Assembly: GCA_038736355.1 (NCBI GenBank)
Contig: JAVYML010000003.1
Coordinates: 214,093-278,092 of the forward strand
Reading direction: 5' to 3'
From: Candidatus Hadarchaeales archaeon
GTDB taxonomy: Archaea; Hadarchaeota; Hadarchaeia; Hadarchaeales; WYZ-LMO6
DNA length: 64,000 nt
Made by a program: the position numbers and the translations under genes
In this document: positions 1 to 9,469 of the stretch, piece after piece
How the letters are laid out: every line of letters begins with the position of its first letter
How positions within the stretch are numbered: position 1 is the first letter of the stretch
The notes under the pieces: model-generated
What the model was told of the DNA's origin: nothing
The model's input: the letters and a program-made list of their open reading frames with translations, nothing else
The model's database searches: none

Positions 1-297
1 TTACTCAAGAGAACCAAGGAGACCCTTCACCTCCGGTACGGTAAGGAACTCCCCGAGGGACTCTTCAAGGGGGTGAGCGGGAGGATAAGGTTGCAGCGCG
101 TGCTCGAGTACATAGAGGAATACGCCCCAGAGTTCAAGGCATCCACCCTTTACCAGACCCTCAGAATACTGGCTGGGGGAGACCTGAGCTGGGTGAGGGT
201 GGAGGAGAAGAAACGTGCGAGCCCCAGGTGGATGTACGACCTAGAGACGGAACACTCCTCCTTCGTAGGTGGGAACCTGCCCATGCTCCTCCACAAC
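1..297 (+). mobile_element. C-terminal part of an intein in cdc48
   Basis: Block F/G-like [23 protein letters not shown] ending in His-Asn (292-297), followed by Ser (298-300) and resumption of the conserved CDC48 sequence SKWVGESE. Confidence 0.92.
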
Positions 298-912
298 TCG
301 AAGTGGGTGGGAGAATCCGAAAAAGGTGTGAGGGAGGTCTTCAGGAGGGCCAAAACCGCAGCCCCCGCCATCATCTTCTTCGATGAGCTCGATGCCTTGG
401 TACCGAGAAGGGGGTCGGGCTTCGGTGACGCCCATGTAACGGAGAGGGTGATAAGCCAGCTCTTAACGGAGATGGATGGATTGGAAAAGCTGGAAAATGT
501 GGTGGTAATAGGGGCCACCAACCGTCCCGACTTAATAGATCCTGCTCTCCTACGTCCCGGAAGGTTCGATAGGTTGGTTTATGTGCCCCCGCCGGACGAA
601 AAGGCTAGATTGGAAATCCTAAAGATTCACACCAGGAAGATGCCTTTGGCCAAGGATGTAGATCTAGAGCAACTGGCCAAGGAAACGGAGGGCTATTCCG
701 GTTCTGACCTAGCGGCCCTCTGCAGGGAAGCTGCCATGCTTGCCCTCAGGGAAGATATCAACGCAAAAGAGGTGACCATGAAACACTTCCGTGAAACCAT
801 GAAAAAGATCAGACCCTCCATACTCCCGGAAATGGAGGAGGCCTATCGCTCCTTCCTCTCCCGCTCCAAGAGCGAGGTGAAGAAGGAGATCACACCCAGA
901 ATCTTCTATTGA
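1..912 (+). CDS. cdc48: CDC48/VCP family AAA+ ATPase, 3' part (D2 domain), interrupted by an intein; 5' end outside window
   Basis: Frame open from base 1. After the intein: SKWVGESEK, Walker [33 protein letters not shown], and GYSGSDL. Confidence 0.93.
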   Translation, partial: LLKRTKETLHLRYGKELPEGLFKGVSGRIRLQRVLEYIEEYAPEFKASTLYQTLRILAGGDLSWVRVEEKKRASPRWMYDLETEHSSFVGGNLPMLLHNSKWVGESEKGVREVFRRAKTAAPAIIFFDELDALVPRRGSGFGDAHVTERVISQLLTEMDGLEKLENVVVIGATNRPDLIDPALLRPGRFDRLVYVPPPDEKARLEILKIHTRKMPLAKDVDLEQLAKETEGYSGSDLAALCREAAMLALREDINAKEVTMKHFRETMKKIRPSILPEMEEAYRSFLSRSKSEVKKEITPRIFY

Positions 913-917
913 GGAAG

Positions 918-1472
918 ATGAGAACCTTCTTGGCCTTGGAAATAAACGAAGAGGTGCGAGAGAGGTTGGTGAAGTTCCAGCGAAAACTCTTGCAGGGATG
1001 GGCCTCTTTGAAGCTCGTGGAACCGGAGAACCTACACCTAACCCTGAAGTTTCTTGGGGAGGTGGAGGAGGGAAGACTGGGGGAAATAGAGGAAGCGGTG
1101 CGTAAGGGTTGCGCCGGCTCTTCCCCCTTTATCATGGAAGTGAAGGGAACGGGAGTTTTTCCCAATCCTCACTATGTAAGGGTAGTATGGGCGGGGGTGG
1201 GGGAGGGTTGGGAAAAGGTTTCGTCCCTTCAGAGGAATGTGGATAGGGAACTGGGAAGGTTGGGTTTTCCCAGGGAAACCGAGTTCGTTCCCCACCTTAC
1301 GCTGGCGAGGGTGAAGAGTGTGAGGGATAGGGAAAGGTTCCTGAAGGTGGTGGAGGAAGGGAGAGGGGAGGAGTTCGGAAAAACGGAGGTAAGGGAAGTA
1401 CATTTGAAGAAGAGCCTGCTGACCCCCAAAGGCCCCATTTATGAGGACCTTAGGGTTTTGCCCCTGAAGTAG
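918..1472 (+). CDS. thpR: RNA 2',3'-cyclic phosphodiesterase (2H family, 2'-5' RNA ligase-like)
   Basis: MRTFLAL start and two HxT motifs (LHLTLKFLG, PHLTLAR). ATG 918 follows GAGGA. Confidence 0.92.
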   Translation: MRTFLALEINEEVRERLVKFQRKLLQGWASLKLVEPENLHLTLKFLGEVEEGRLGEIEEAVRKGCAGSSPFIMEVKGTGVFPNPHYVRVVWAGVGEGWEKVSSLQRNVDRELGRLGFPRETEFVPHLTLARVKSVRDRERFLKVVEEGRGEEFGKTEVREVHLKKSLLTPKGPIYEDLRVLPLK

Positions 1473-1480
1473 TTTTTGAA

Positions 1481-1558
1481 TGGTGGGCCCGCTGGGATTT
1501 GAACCCAGGACCTCCCGGTTATCAGCCGAGCGCTCTAACCATGCTAAGCTACGGGCCC
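1481..1558 (-). tRNA. tRNA-Ile(GAT), CCA encoded, no intron
   Basis: Reverse complement GGGCCCGTAGCTTAGCATGGTTAGAGCGCTCGGCTGATAACCGGGAGGTCCTGGGTTCAAATCCCAGCGGGCCCACCA folds as a cloverleaf with anticodon loop CTGATAA and T-loop GTTCAAAT. Confidence 0.97.
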
Positions 1559-1589
1559 CATCTTTCCTCTTCTTTTTCCCTTAAATTTT

Positions 1590-2495
1590 TCACCCAAGGA
1601 TTCTCCTGAAGAGGTTTTCCACTTCCTCACGTGAGGGCATGGCTTCTTGAGCTCCCACCCTAGTGGTGGCCAAGGCACCTGCACAGTTGGCCCAAAGAAC
1701 GGCCTCTTCCAGAGGTCTTTGGGAAGCCAGTGCCACCGCCAAGGCCCCGCAAAAAGCATCCCCAGCCCCAGTTGTATCCTTCACCGCCACCCTCACTCCC
1801 CTTATCCTCTTCCCCACCCTTTCCGTCTTCACATAAGCCCCCTTACTTCCCAGGGTGATAACAACCGTCTTTGGACCCTTTCTCAGGAGTCTCTCCGCTA
1901 CTCCTTCTATACCTCCCTCCCCCACCGCCTGGCAGGCCTCTCTCTCGTTGGCCACGAGGACCCAAGTCCTCCATGCGGCTGGAGAAAGGGGCTTGAAAGG
2001 AGCGAGGTTCAGCATCGTTTTTGTTCCTTCCTCCTTTGCCATCTTCAAAGCCGCTTCTACCGTCCGTGAGGGAAGCTCGAGCTGGGTAAGGAGCAAATCT
2101 GCTCCCCTCACCACTCCCCTCGCCCTTTCCACATCCTCCTCACTACACTTTTCATCCGCCCCGGAATACACTCCTATCAAATTCTCGCCTTCCTCATCCA
2201 CGAAGATGAAAGCCTTTCCCGAGGGTGTTTCGTCCCATCTCAGATAAGAAGTGTTTATTCCCTCCCTTTTCAGCGCCTCCACCATTTTTCTTCCATACTC
2301 ATCCTTTCCCACCCTCCCCACCATCCAAACCTTTGCTCCCAGTCTGGCGGCGGCCACGGCCTGATTCGCCCCCTTTCCCCCCATTCCCACCCTGAGTTCC
2401 TTTCCCAACACCGTCTCCCCCCTCTCGGGCAACCTTTTCGTCTTTAGTAGAAAATCCACGTGGAGACTTCCAACCACCACTATCTTGGGGATCAT
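1590..2495 (-). CDS. rbsK: Ribokinase (PfkB family)
   Basis: GGKGANQAVAAARLG and DTTGAGDAF motifs. Start moved to ATG 2495 (MIPKIVVVGS), an ATGA overlap with the upstream stop. Confidence 0.9.
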   Translation of the reverse strand: MIPKIVVVGSLHVDFLLKTKRLPERGETVLGKELRVGMGGKGANQAVAAARLGAKVWMVGRVGKDEYGRKMVEALKREGINTSYLRWDETPSGKAFIFVDEEGENLIGVYSGADEKCSEEDVERARGVVRGADLLLTQLELPSRTVEAALKMAKEEGTKTMLNLAPFKPLSPAAWRTWVLVANEREACQAVGEGGIEGVAERLLRKGPKTVVITLGSKGAYVKTERVGKRIRGVRVAVKDTTGAGDAFCGALAVALASQRPLEEAVLWANCAGALATTRVGAQEAMPSREEVENLFRRILG

Positions 2496-3433
2496 TCCAA
2501 CAACCTCTCCAGGAAAAACCTGAGAAAACCCTCCCCATCCACACCCTCGCAAATCCTTATTTCCCTACCTTTCCATTCCTCGCCGGGCAGGATGAAAGGT
2601 CTCCTATCCACCACTACTTGTCCCCTCGTGAGTTCCCCTTTGGTCTCCACCCTCACATGATATCTACCGATTTTGAAGAGTTCAGGTTTCAAAAGGGAAA
2701 CCAGGGCCATGGGGTCATGGAGGGCCACCTTTCCAAACCTTTCCAAAAGGGGTTTCACGAGCTCAGCCGCCAATCTTGCCTCTTTCGTCCTGCCTTTCCT
2801 TAATTCTTCGTATTCTTCTTTCGAGAGCATGGCGGTAGGATCCATGGTTACATCCAGTCCCACCGCGAGCAAAGGTAGACCTGAATCCACGACCATCTCG
2901 GCCGCCTCCGGATCCACGTAAAAGTTATACTCAGCCACGGGGGTGATGTTCCCATGTCCATAAGGGGTGAGACCATACGCTCCCCCCATCACTATCACTC
3001 CTTCCACCTTTCCCATCGTCTCCGGATAATCCCTCAGAGCGGAGGCAAGGTTGGTAAGGGGACCTGTGCACACGAACACGATCCTACCGCCGCTCCTCTC
3101 AACCTCTTCCACCATCACCTCCACAGCATGTTTGGTCAAAGGATGGAGCTTAGGTTCGGGGAGAAAAAGACCACCCAATCCATCCTCTCCATGTATGTGT
3201 TTGGCCGTACAGAGCTCCCTGAAAAGGGGTTTGGAACATCCCATGGCTACCGGGGGGGTCTTCAAACCCAAGAATTCTAAGACCTTCAGGGCATTTTTAG
3301 CGGTCTTCTCCACCTCCACATTCCCCGCCACCGTGGTAATGGCCCTGATCTCCAATTCAGGAGAACGCAGGGCCAAGAGGAGGGCGAGGGCATCATCTAT
3401 CCCCGGATCCATGTCCAAAAGGACCCTTCTCAC
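2492..3433 (-). CDS. Inosine/uridine-preferring nucleoside hydrolase
   Basis: DMDPGIDDA N-terminal motif, HGEDGLG, GPLTN, AEYNFYVDPEAA, LHDP. Confidence 0.92.
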   Translation of the reverse strand: MRRVLLDMDPGIDDALALLLALRSPELEIRAITTVAGNVEVEKTAKNALKVLEFLGLKTPPVAMGCSKPLFRELCTAKHIHGEDGLGGLFLPEPKLHPLTKHAVEVMVEEVERSGGRIVFVCTGPLTNLASALRDYPETMGKVEGVIVMGGAYGLTPYGHGNITPVAEYNFYVDPEAAEMVVDSGLPLLAVGLDVTMDPTAMLSKEEYEELRKGRTKEARLAAELVKPLLERFGKVALHDPMALVSLLKPELFKIGRYHVRVETKGELTRGQVVVDRRPFILPGEEWKGREIRICEGVDGEGFLRFFLERLLE

Positions 3434-3442
3434 TCCTATCCC

Positions 3443-3622
3443 CTACTTCTTGCCGCAATACCTGAGGAACTCTTCCCAAATTTCCTTTCTCTTTTCTTCC
3501 CCCAGCTGCTCGTAATCTTCTATCGTTAATCCGTACTTCTCCCTCAGAAACCTGGAGAATCTCACCCCCTGAAGAACTTGGTAGATGAGATGGCTCCTGT
3601 AACTCTCAGGTATGCCTGCCAC
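3443..3622 (-). CDS. Small hypothetical protein (59 aa)
   Basis: GTG at 3622 behind a purine-rich SD (AAGGAGGGG); fills the gap in a co-directional operon. Confidence 0.55.
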   Translation of the reverse strand: MAGIPESYRSHLIYQVLQGVRFSRFLREKYGLTIEDYEQLGEEKRKEIWEEFLRYCGKK

Positions 3623-3968
3623 TCGCTTCCCCTCCTTTGGATCCTTCTCCTTGCGCGGGAACTTTCTTTTTGATCCAAAAGAACCTAAAGGATGAAAAGG
3701 GATAGGCACCACGCACCCATGCTACCAAGCTCAAGCCCAGACATAGAAGGAGGGAAGAAAGGAGAAAAGGAGAGAGGGAGAGGAGGTCCACCCTAGCTAA
3801 GAAAAAACCTATGTATAGCTGGAGGAGGATACCCAGCCCAAAGCTCACCATCAGCCTAGAGGAGAGCTCCAACTGGTCTTTTTTGGGATAAACCACTAGA
3901 CTCAATAGAAAGCCTGGAAGGAACAGGATCATAAAGCCAAACAGGCCGTAGAGGATGGCTCCTATCAC
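3606..3968 (-). CDS. Small membrane protein resembling the DUF1616 N-terminal TM region
   Basis: ILFLPGFLLSLVVYPKKDQLELSSRLMVSFGLG pattern with three hydrophobic helices; GTG at 3968 after GGAGG. Confidence 0.6.
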   Translation of the reverse strand: MIGAILYGLFGFMILFLPGFLLSLVVYPKKDQLELSSRLMVSFGLGILLQLYIGFFLARVDLLSLSPFLLSSLLLCLGLSLVAWVRGAYPFSSFRFFWIKKKVPAQGEGSKGGEASGRHT

Positions 3969-4022
3969 ATCCTTCCTCCCTCCGAGTTCCTTCTTAAGGT
4001 TTGGGGTTGAAAAAACGATGAG

Positions 4023-5216
4023 ATGAGGAAGGATTTGGTGGTGGTGGGTGGTGGACCCTCGGGCTGTTTTCTGGCCCAGAGAGTGGCCCAAAGGGGTTTC
4101 GAGGTACTTTTGGTAGAGGAACACCCGCAGATAGGGAAGCCAGTCTCCTGTGCTGGGGTGGTAGGGGTGAAGGGGATGAAGGAAGTGGGGGTGAAAGCTG
4201 AGAAATTTGCACTCAACAAGGTTAGGAGGGGGTTGGTCTTCTCCCCCTCTGGAGAGGTCTTGGAGCTAGAGAGGGGAAGGACAGAGGCCCTCGTACTAGA
4301 TCGGGAAGCCTTCGACAAACATTTGGCGGAGCTAGCCGTTGAGGAGGGGGTGGAGCTCCGGCTCCAAACGAGGTGTGTGGAGGTAAGAAACACGAAGAGA
4401 CCTACCACCCTCCTAACGGGAAAGGGGGAGGGGGAAATCAAGACGAGAATGTTGGTAGGGGCCGACGGACCCACTTCGCTCGTGGCAAGGAAGAGCGGAA
4501 TGATGGGAAGGAGGAGGTTCATCAGGTGCGTACAGGCTGAAGTGAAAACAGAGGTGGAACCCGATACGGTAGAGGTCTATCTGGGAAGCTCCAGCATAGG
4601 GCTTTTCGGATGGGTAGTCCCAGCGGGAGAAGTGGCTAGGATAGGGATAGGGACCCTCAAGGGGGATCCGGGGGAAGGTCTACGTTCCCTCCTCAAGTTC
4701 CTCTCCCCGCGCCTTAGAGGGGAACCAAAAAAGCTCTCCTTCGGTCTCATTCCCTATGACCCTCCCAGACACTTAGTTAAGGGCTCGGTCCTTTTGGTGG
4801 GTGACGCCGCCTGTCAAGTCAAACCCCTCACTGGGGGAGGAATCTATTTGGGGCTTTCCTGTGCCCTAAAGGCCTCGGAAGCTCTCTTCCATTCCTTAGA
4901 AAGGGAAGACCCAACTTTCTTGAAACTTTACCCCAAGGAGGTGAAAAGAACCTTTGGAAGGGAACTCATGCTGGGTAGAAAGCTGAGGGAATTCATGTCT
5001 GTCCTCTCGGATGAGGAACTGGATGCCTTGGTCAAATGCCTCAACGAACCCAAGCTCAGGGAAGAAATTCTCAAAAAAGCCGATTTCGATCACCACTCCA
5101 GTCTCTTGGAGGTTATCTTTTCCAATCTTCCCCGTCTACTAACTTCCCTCGGGCCCAGGGCATTGACGAGAATGGCCCTTAAGGGGATGGTCGGACTCGA
5201 CCTGAGAGGAATTTGA
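4023..5216 (+). CDS. Geranylgeranyl reductase family flavoprotein (archaeal lipid saturation)
   Basis: VVGGGPSG FAD motif, PVSCAG, LDREAFD, GADG, GDAACQVKPLTGGGI. Confidence 0.88.
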   Translation: MRKDLVVVGGGPSGCFLAQRVAQRGFEVLLVEEHPQIGKPVSCAGVVGVKGMKEVGVKAEKFALNKVRRGLVFSPSGEVLELERGRTEALVLDREAFDKHLAELAVEEGVELRLQTRCVEVRNTKRPTTLLTGKGEGEIKTRMLVGADGPTSLVARKSGMMGRRRFIRCVQAEVKTEVEPDTVEVYLGSSSIGLFGWVVPAGEVARIGIGTLKGDPGEGLRSLLKFLSPRLRGEPKKLSFGLIPYDPPRHLVKGSVLLVGDAACQVKPLTGGGIYLGLSCALKASEALFHSLEREDPTFLKLYPKEVKRTFGRELMLGRKLREFMSVLSDEELDALVKCLNEPKLREEILKKADFDHHSSLLEVIFSNLPRLLTSLGPRALTRMALKGMVGLDLRGI

Positions 5217-6117
5217 AAAGCACGGCCTTTTGGGCGTGCAACCTGTTCTCCGCCTGATCGAAAACCACGGAATGTGGCCCATCGATGACTTCATCGGTGA
5301 CCTCTTCCCCCCTATGGGCAGGTAGACAGTGCATGAAAATCACTCCTTCATCCGCCAGGGAAAGGAGCTGAGAAGTCACTTGGAAATTCTTGAAGTCCTT
5401 CTTCCTTTTCTCCCTTTCCTCTTCCATACCCATCGAGACGAAAACATCAGTGTATACCACTTCTGCTCCCGAAACCGCTTCCTTAGGATCATGTCCTATC
5501 TCCACCTTACCACCACTCTTTTCGGCTCTCTCCCTCGCCAACTTCACCAAGTCTTTCGGGGGTTCGTAACCAGGGGGAACAGCTATGCGGATATGGCTGC
5601 CCATCGTGGCACATCCAAGCATGAGGGAAGTGCACACGTTGTTGCCATCTCCCACCCAGGCCACCCTAAGACCCTCCAGTTTCCCTTTGTATTCCTTCAT
5701 GGTCAGCAAATCCGCAAGGGTTTGACATGGATGCTGGAGGGGACTCAAAGCGTTGATCACGGGAACGGTGCTGTATTTGGCCAGCTCCACCAAGTTGGGA
5801 TGGGAAGAGACCCTCGCCACTATTCCATGAACATAGCGACTCAAGGTTCTAGCCGTGTCCGCCACCGTCTCCCCCCTGCTGAGCTGGAGTTCTTGGGAAC
5901 TCAGGAAGAGGGGATTTCCACCCATCTCGTGGATGGCCACCTCGAAGGAGACCCTCGTCCTGGTGGAAGGTCTTTCGAAAATCAAGGCAACCGTTTTGTT
6001 TCTGAGTTCGGAAGAAGTTTTCCTGCCTCTTTCCTTTTTATATTTGGAGGCTAGCCTCAAGAGTTCTTCTATTTCCTTTCTACTCAGGTCCTCTATCCCC
6101 AGCAAATCCTTCTTCAT
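5179..6117 (-). CDS. argF: Ornithine carbamoyltransferase
   Basis: STRTRVSFE, HPCQ, SMG, HCLP, DQAENR motifs. Confidence 0.96.
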   Translation of the reverse strand: MKKDLLGIEDLSRKEIEELLRLASKYKKERGRKTSSELRNKTVALIFERPSTRTRVSFEVAIHEMGGNPLFLSSQELQLSRGETVADTARTLSRYVHGIVARVSSHPNLVELAKYSTVPVINALSPLQHPCQTLADLLTMKEYKGKLEGLRVAWVGDGNNVCTSLMLGCATMGSHIRIAVPPGYEPPKDLVKLARERAEKSGGKVEIGHDPKEAVSGAEVVYTDVFVSMGMEEEREKRKKDFKNFQVTSQLLSLADEGVIFMHCLPAHRGEEVTDEVIDGPHSVVFDQAENRLHAQKAVLFKFLSGRVRPSP

Positions 6118-7301
6118 CCCTCCACCTTCCTGAGCAATCCATCCAACGTGGAGACCAGGGCATCTATATGGGCTTCCTCCACCACCAAGGGGGGTAGGAA
6201 TCTAAGCACCTTACCAGCCGTAACGTTGATGAGGAACCCTTCCTCTAAGGCCCCCATGACCACCTTCTCCGCCTTATCCTCCCCGTCTAATTCCATGCCC
6301 AACATGAGACCCTTTCCCCTCACCTCCCTAACCGAGGGATGATCCCTTTTCAGTTCTTCCAGCGCTTTCATGAAATACTTCCCCCTCCTTTCCGCTTTTT
6401 TCACCAATCCCCTTTTCCTTATCTCCCTTATGACGGTAAGGGCGGCTACACAGGCAAGCGGATTACCCCCAAAGGTAGCCCCATGATCTCCGGGCTGGAA
6501 GCTTTCCATGACTTCAGGTCTGGCCCCCGTACATCCTATGGGTATCCCTCCCCCCAGGGCTTTGGCCAACGTGATGATATCGGGTTCCACCCCCCAGTGT
6601 TCACTGGCAAACCATTTTCCCGTCCTTCCCATTCCCGTTTGTATCTCATCGATGATGAGAAGAGCACCCCTCTCTTCACAAAGTTCTTTCAACCCTTTCA
6701 AGAACTCCTGCGAAGCTACCCTCACCCCTCCTTCTCCTTGGATGGGCTCCAATATCACCGCTGCCGTATCCTCATCTACCGCCTTCTCCGCTGAGGAAAG
6801 ATCGTTGAAAGGAATGAACTGAACATTGGAAAGGAGGAAGGACTGGAAGGGTTCTCTGTAAGAAGGTTTCCAAGTAGCGGAGAGGGCCCCCAAGGTCCTT
6901 CCATGAAAGGAATGTTCCATGGCCACGATCTTCTTTCTCCCCGTGTGCTTTATGGAAAGCTTTAGGGCGGCCTCTACACTTTCTGCTCCAGAGTTGGAGA
7001 AGAAGAACTTGTTTATCTTCCCCGGCGTTATGCGTGCCAGCTCTCTAGCCAACTCCACCTGTTCTTTGATATACACCAGGTTGGTCATGTGGATGAGCTT
7101 GCCAGCCTGTTTTGAGAGGGCTTTGCGGAGCTCGGGGTCGGCATGACCGAGCACACTCACGGCTACCCCTGCCACAAAATCCAGGTATCTCTTTCCCTCA
7201 AGATCCCAGAGGAAGATTCCCTTTCCTCTACTGAAGACCACGGGAAGTCTCCGATAGGTTTGGGCCAGATATTTTTTGTCCAGCCTGAAAATTTCCTCCA
7301 T
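6114..7301 (-). CDS. argD: Acetylornithine aminotransferase
   Basis: Class III PLP motifs NSGAES, FHGRT, EPIQGEGG, DEIQTGMGRTG, AKALGGG; lies within the arg operon. Confidence 0.92.
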   Translation of the reverse strand: MEEIFRLDKKYLAQTYRRLPVVFSRGKGIFLWDLEGKRYLDFVAGVAVSVLGHADPELRKALSKQAGKLIHMTNLVYIKEQVELARELARITPGKINKFFFSNSGAESVEAALKLSIKHTGRKKIVAMEHSFHGRTLGALSATWKPSYREPFQSFLLSNVQFIPFNDLSSAEKAVDEDTAAVILEPIQGEGGVRVASQEFLKGLKELCEERGALLIIDEIQTGMGRTGKWFASEHWGVEPDIITLAKALGGGIPIGCTGARPEVMESFQPGDHGATFGGNPLACVAALTVIREIRKRGLVKKAERRGKYFMKALEELKRDHPSVREVRGKGLMLGMELDGEDKAEKVVMGALEEGFLINVTAGKVLRFLPPLVVEEAHIDALVSTLDGLLRKVEG

Positions 7302-7302
7302 C

Positions 7303-8211
7303 TCACTTCCCTTTCTCTATCATTGTTCCCGCTCCCTTGTCCGTGAGGAGCTCTAGGAGAAGGGCGTGGGGCATCGTTCCCTGGAGGATGTGTGCCCTCT
7401 CCACTCCCCCTTCCACCGCCCTGATACAGGCTTTCAACTTGGGAATCATACCTCCACTGACCACCCCTGAGGCCAGGAGTGTCTTCGCCTCCTCGACCGT
7501 GAGCTGAGAGATCAGCGTACTCTCGTCCTTGGGATCCCTGAGCACCCCTTTCACATTGGTGAGAACAATGAGCTTTTTAGCCCCCATCACGATGGCCAAT
7601 TCTGCCGCCACCGTGTCAGCGTTTAGGTTGAGGCTCCTTCCCTCCTCGTCAACCCCCAAGGGTGAGAGGACGGGAATGTATCCATTGGAGAGGAGGAAGC
7701 TCACCATGTGGGGATCTATCCTCTCGATCTCTCCCACGAACCCCAAATCCACATGCAGTTTTTCCCCATTGGGCGTAGTTACTTCTCTTATCTTTTTGGC
7801 CAAGATAATTTTTCCATCCACTCCTGAAATCCCCACCGCCCTTCCCCCGTACTTGTTTATACCCAGCACGATCTCGGTGTTGAGTTTTCCTACCAGATAC
7901 TTATGCAGGATTTCTATGGTTTCCTTATCGGTCACGCGCAACCCAGCCACAAATTCGGGTTCCTTGCCCGCCTTTTTCATCTCCCTCGTGATTTCCGGTC
8001 CCCCCCCATGTACCAAGACAGGTTTCATCCCCACATAGTGGAGGAGTACCACATCCTGGAGGAGGGAATCGAGGGTTTTCTTCTTCTCTATCACTTCCCC
8101 CCCAAGCTTGATTACCATGGTCTGACCATGAAACTTCCTGATGTAAGGAAGGGCCTCAAGCAAAACACTTGCCGGTTCCTGCAGTTCATCACCCGGTTTT
8201 CCTCTACTCAT
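7303..8211 (-). CDS. argB: Acetylglutamate kinase
   Basis: EALPYI, KLGG, VHGGGPEI, GLRVTD, NLNADT, GGMIPK. Confidence 0.95.
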   Translation of the reverse strand: MSRGKPGDELQEPASVLLEALPYIRKFHGQTMVIKLGGEVIEKKKTLDSLLQDVVLLHYVGMKPVLVHGGGPEITREMKKAGKEPEFVAGLRVTDKETIEILHKYLVGKLNTEIVLGINKYGGRAVGISGVDGKIILAKKIREVTTPNGEKLHVDLGFVGEIERIDPHMVSFLLSNGYIPVLSPLGVDEEGRSLNLNADTVAAELAIVMGAKKLIVLTNVKGVLRDPKDESTLISQLTVEEAKTLLASGVVSGGMIPKLKACIRAVEGGVERAHILQGTMPHALLLELLTDKGAGTMIEKGK

Positions 8212-8238
8212 TTTCCCATATTTAACTCCATCGAAAGA

Positions 8239-9465
8239 CTAAGTTCTATATCTAGAATTGATCCTTACGTAATCGTAACTCAAATCACAACCCCACGCCG
8301 TGGCCTCGTCCCTTCCTTCCCCCAAATCTATTTCAAAGAGGATCTCATCAGCCTTCATAATTTCTGCTGCCTCCGGTAGGTCGGGTCCTCCGATGGGTCT
8401 CCCCCTTTCCACAAGTGTGACCTCCCCCCTCTCGCTTTTCACCTTGAGTGTGAGCCTTCTCGGATCGAAGCGTGCGCCCGAATACCCGAGGGCGGCGATT
8501 ATCCTTCCCCAGTTGGGGTCTCCCCCAAAAAGTGCTGCCTTGAGCAGGTTGGAACCGGCTACGGCCAGGGCCGCTTTCTTGGCCTCCCCTTCCCTAGCGT
8601 TTTTTACCTTCACCTCCATCATGCGGGTAGCCCCTTCCGCCCCCTTCACGATCATCTTAGCCAGCTCCGTGAGAACGAAATCCAAGCCGTGTTGGAAACC
8701 TGCATCCTTCTTGAGCTCCTCGTTTTCCGCCTTACCACTTGCCATCATCAAAACCATATCGTTAGTGCTGGTATCGTTGTCCACCGTGATCATGTTGAGG
8801 GTCCTGTCCACAGAGGCCTGTAGGGAGGTCTTGAGGGAGAGGGGATCCACCCTGGCATCGGTTGTTAGAAAGACGAGCATGGTAGCCGTCTTTAGCCTGG
8901 GACGGATCATACCAGCCCCCTTGGCCATTCCGGCAATGGTTATTGGTGTTCCCTCCTCCGTTTCCACTCTTACGGCCACCTCTTTTGGAAAGCGATCCGT
9001 GGTGAGGATGGCTTGGGCAGCCAAATGGGAGGCCCGCCTAGAAGGGGAGAGTTTTTTCACGGCTTCCCTTATCCCCGCTTCTACCTTCTCCATGGGAAGA
9101 TAGGTTCCTATCATGCCTGTGGAGGCCACGCCCACCTGATGGGTCTTGAGGCCCAGTAGTTCTGCCGTGAGTTCTGCCATCCTCTTGGCATCCCTCATCC
9201 CCCTCTCACCGGTAAAGGAGTTGGCACAGCCTGAGTTGGCCACTATGGCCCCGAGCCTCCTTTCCTTGCGTAGATGCCTCATCGTGAGGATTACGGGAGG
9301 AGCCCTAGTCCTACTGGTGGTGAAGGCCCCTGCAGCAGGAACAGGTCCTTCTTCACAGCTCAGGAGGGCGAGGTCTAGACCCTTGGAGCGTATCCCGGCC
9401 CTCACCCCGGCCGCAAGAAAACCTTCAGGTTCCGTTATTCCCCCCTTCAATCTTTTCAGTTCCAT
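8239..9465 (-). CDS. argJ: Ornithine acetyltransferase / N-acetylglutamate synthase
   Basis: NSGCAN, TTD, KGAGMI..ATML autocleavage motif, DTSTND, DPNWGRI, GCDL. Confidence 0.96.
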   Translation of the reverse strand: MELKRLKGGITEPEGFLAAGVRAGIRSKGLDLALLSCEEGPVPAAGAFTTSRTRAPPVILTMRHLRKERRLGAIVANSGCANSFTGERGMRDAKRMAELTAELLGLKTHQVGVASTGMIGTYLPMEKVEAGIREAVKKLSPSRRASHLAAQAILTTDRFPKEVAVRVETEEGTPITIAGMAKGAGMIRPRLKTATMLVFLTTDARVDPLSLKTSLQASVDRTLNMITVDNDTSTNDMVLMMASGKAENEELKKDAGFQHGLDFVLTELAKMIVKGAEGATRMMEVKVKNAREGEAKKAALAVAGSNLLKAALFGGDPNWGRIIAALGYSGARFDPRRLTLKVKSERGEVTLVERGRPIGGPDLPEAAEIMKADEILFEIDLGEGRDEATAWGCDLSYDYVRINSRYRT

Positions 9466-9469
9466 CCTC

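Noticed and set aside
1440..1600. tRNA-Ile as an integration site for a mobile element
   Set aside because: No integrase, no duplicated tRNA 3' end noticed in the window, and the flanks are housekeeping genes.
8300..9103. Long antisense ORFs such as 8300-9103, 24250-24966, 29038-29736 and 44101-44976
   Set aside because: They are Ser/Pro/Phe-rich shadows of purine-rich real genes on the opposite strand, with no motifs.
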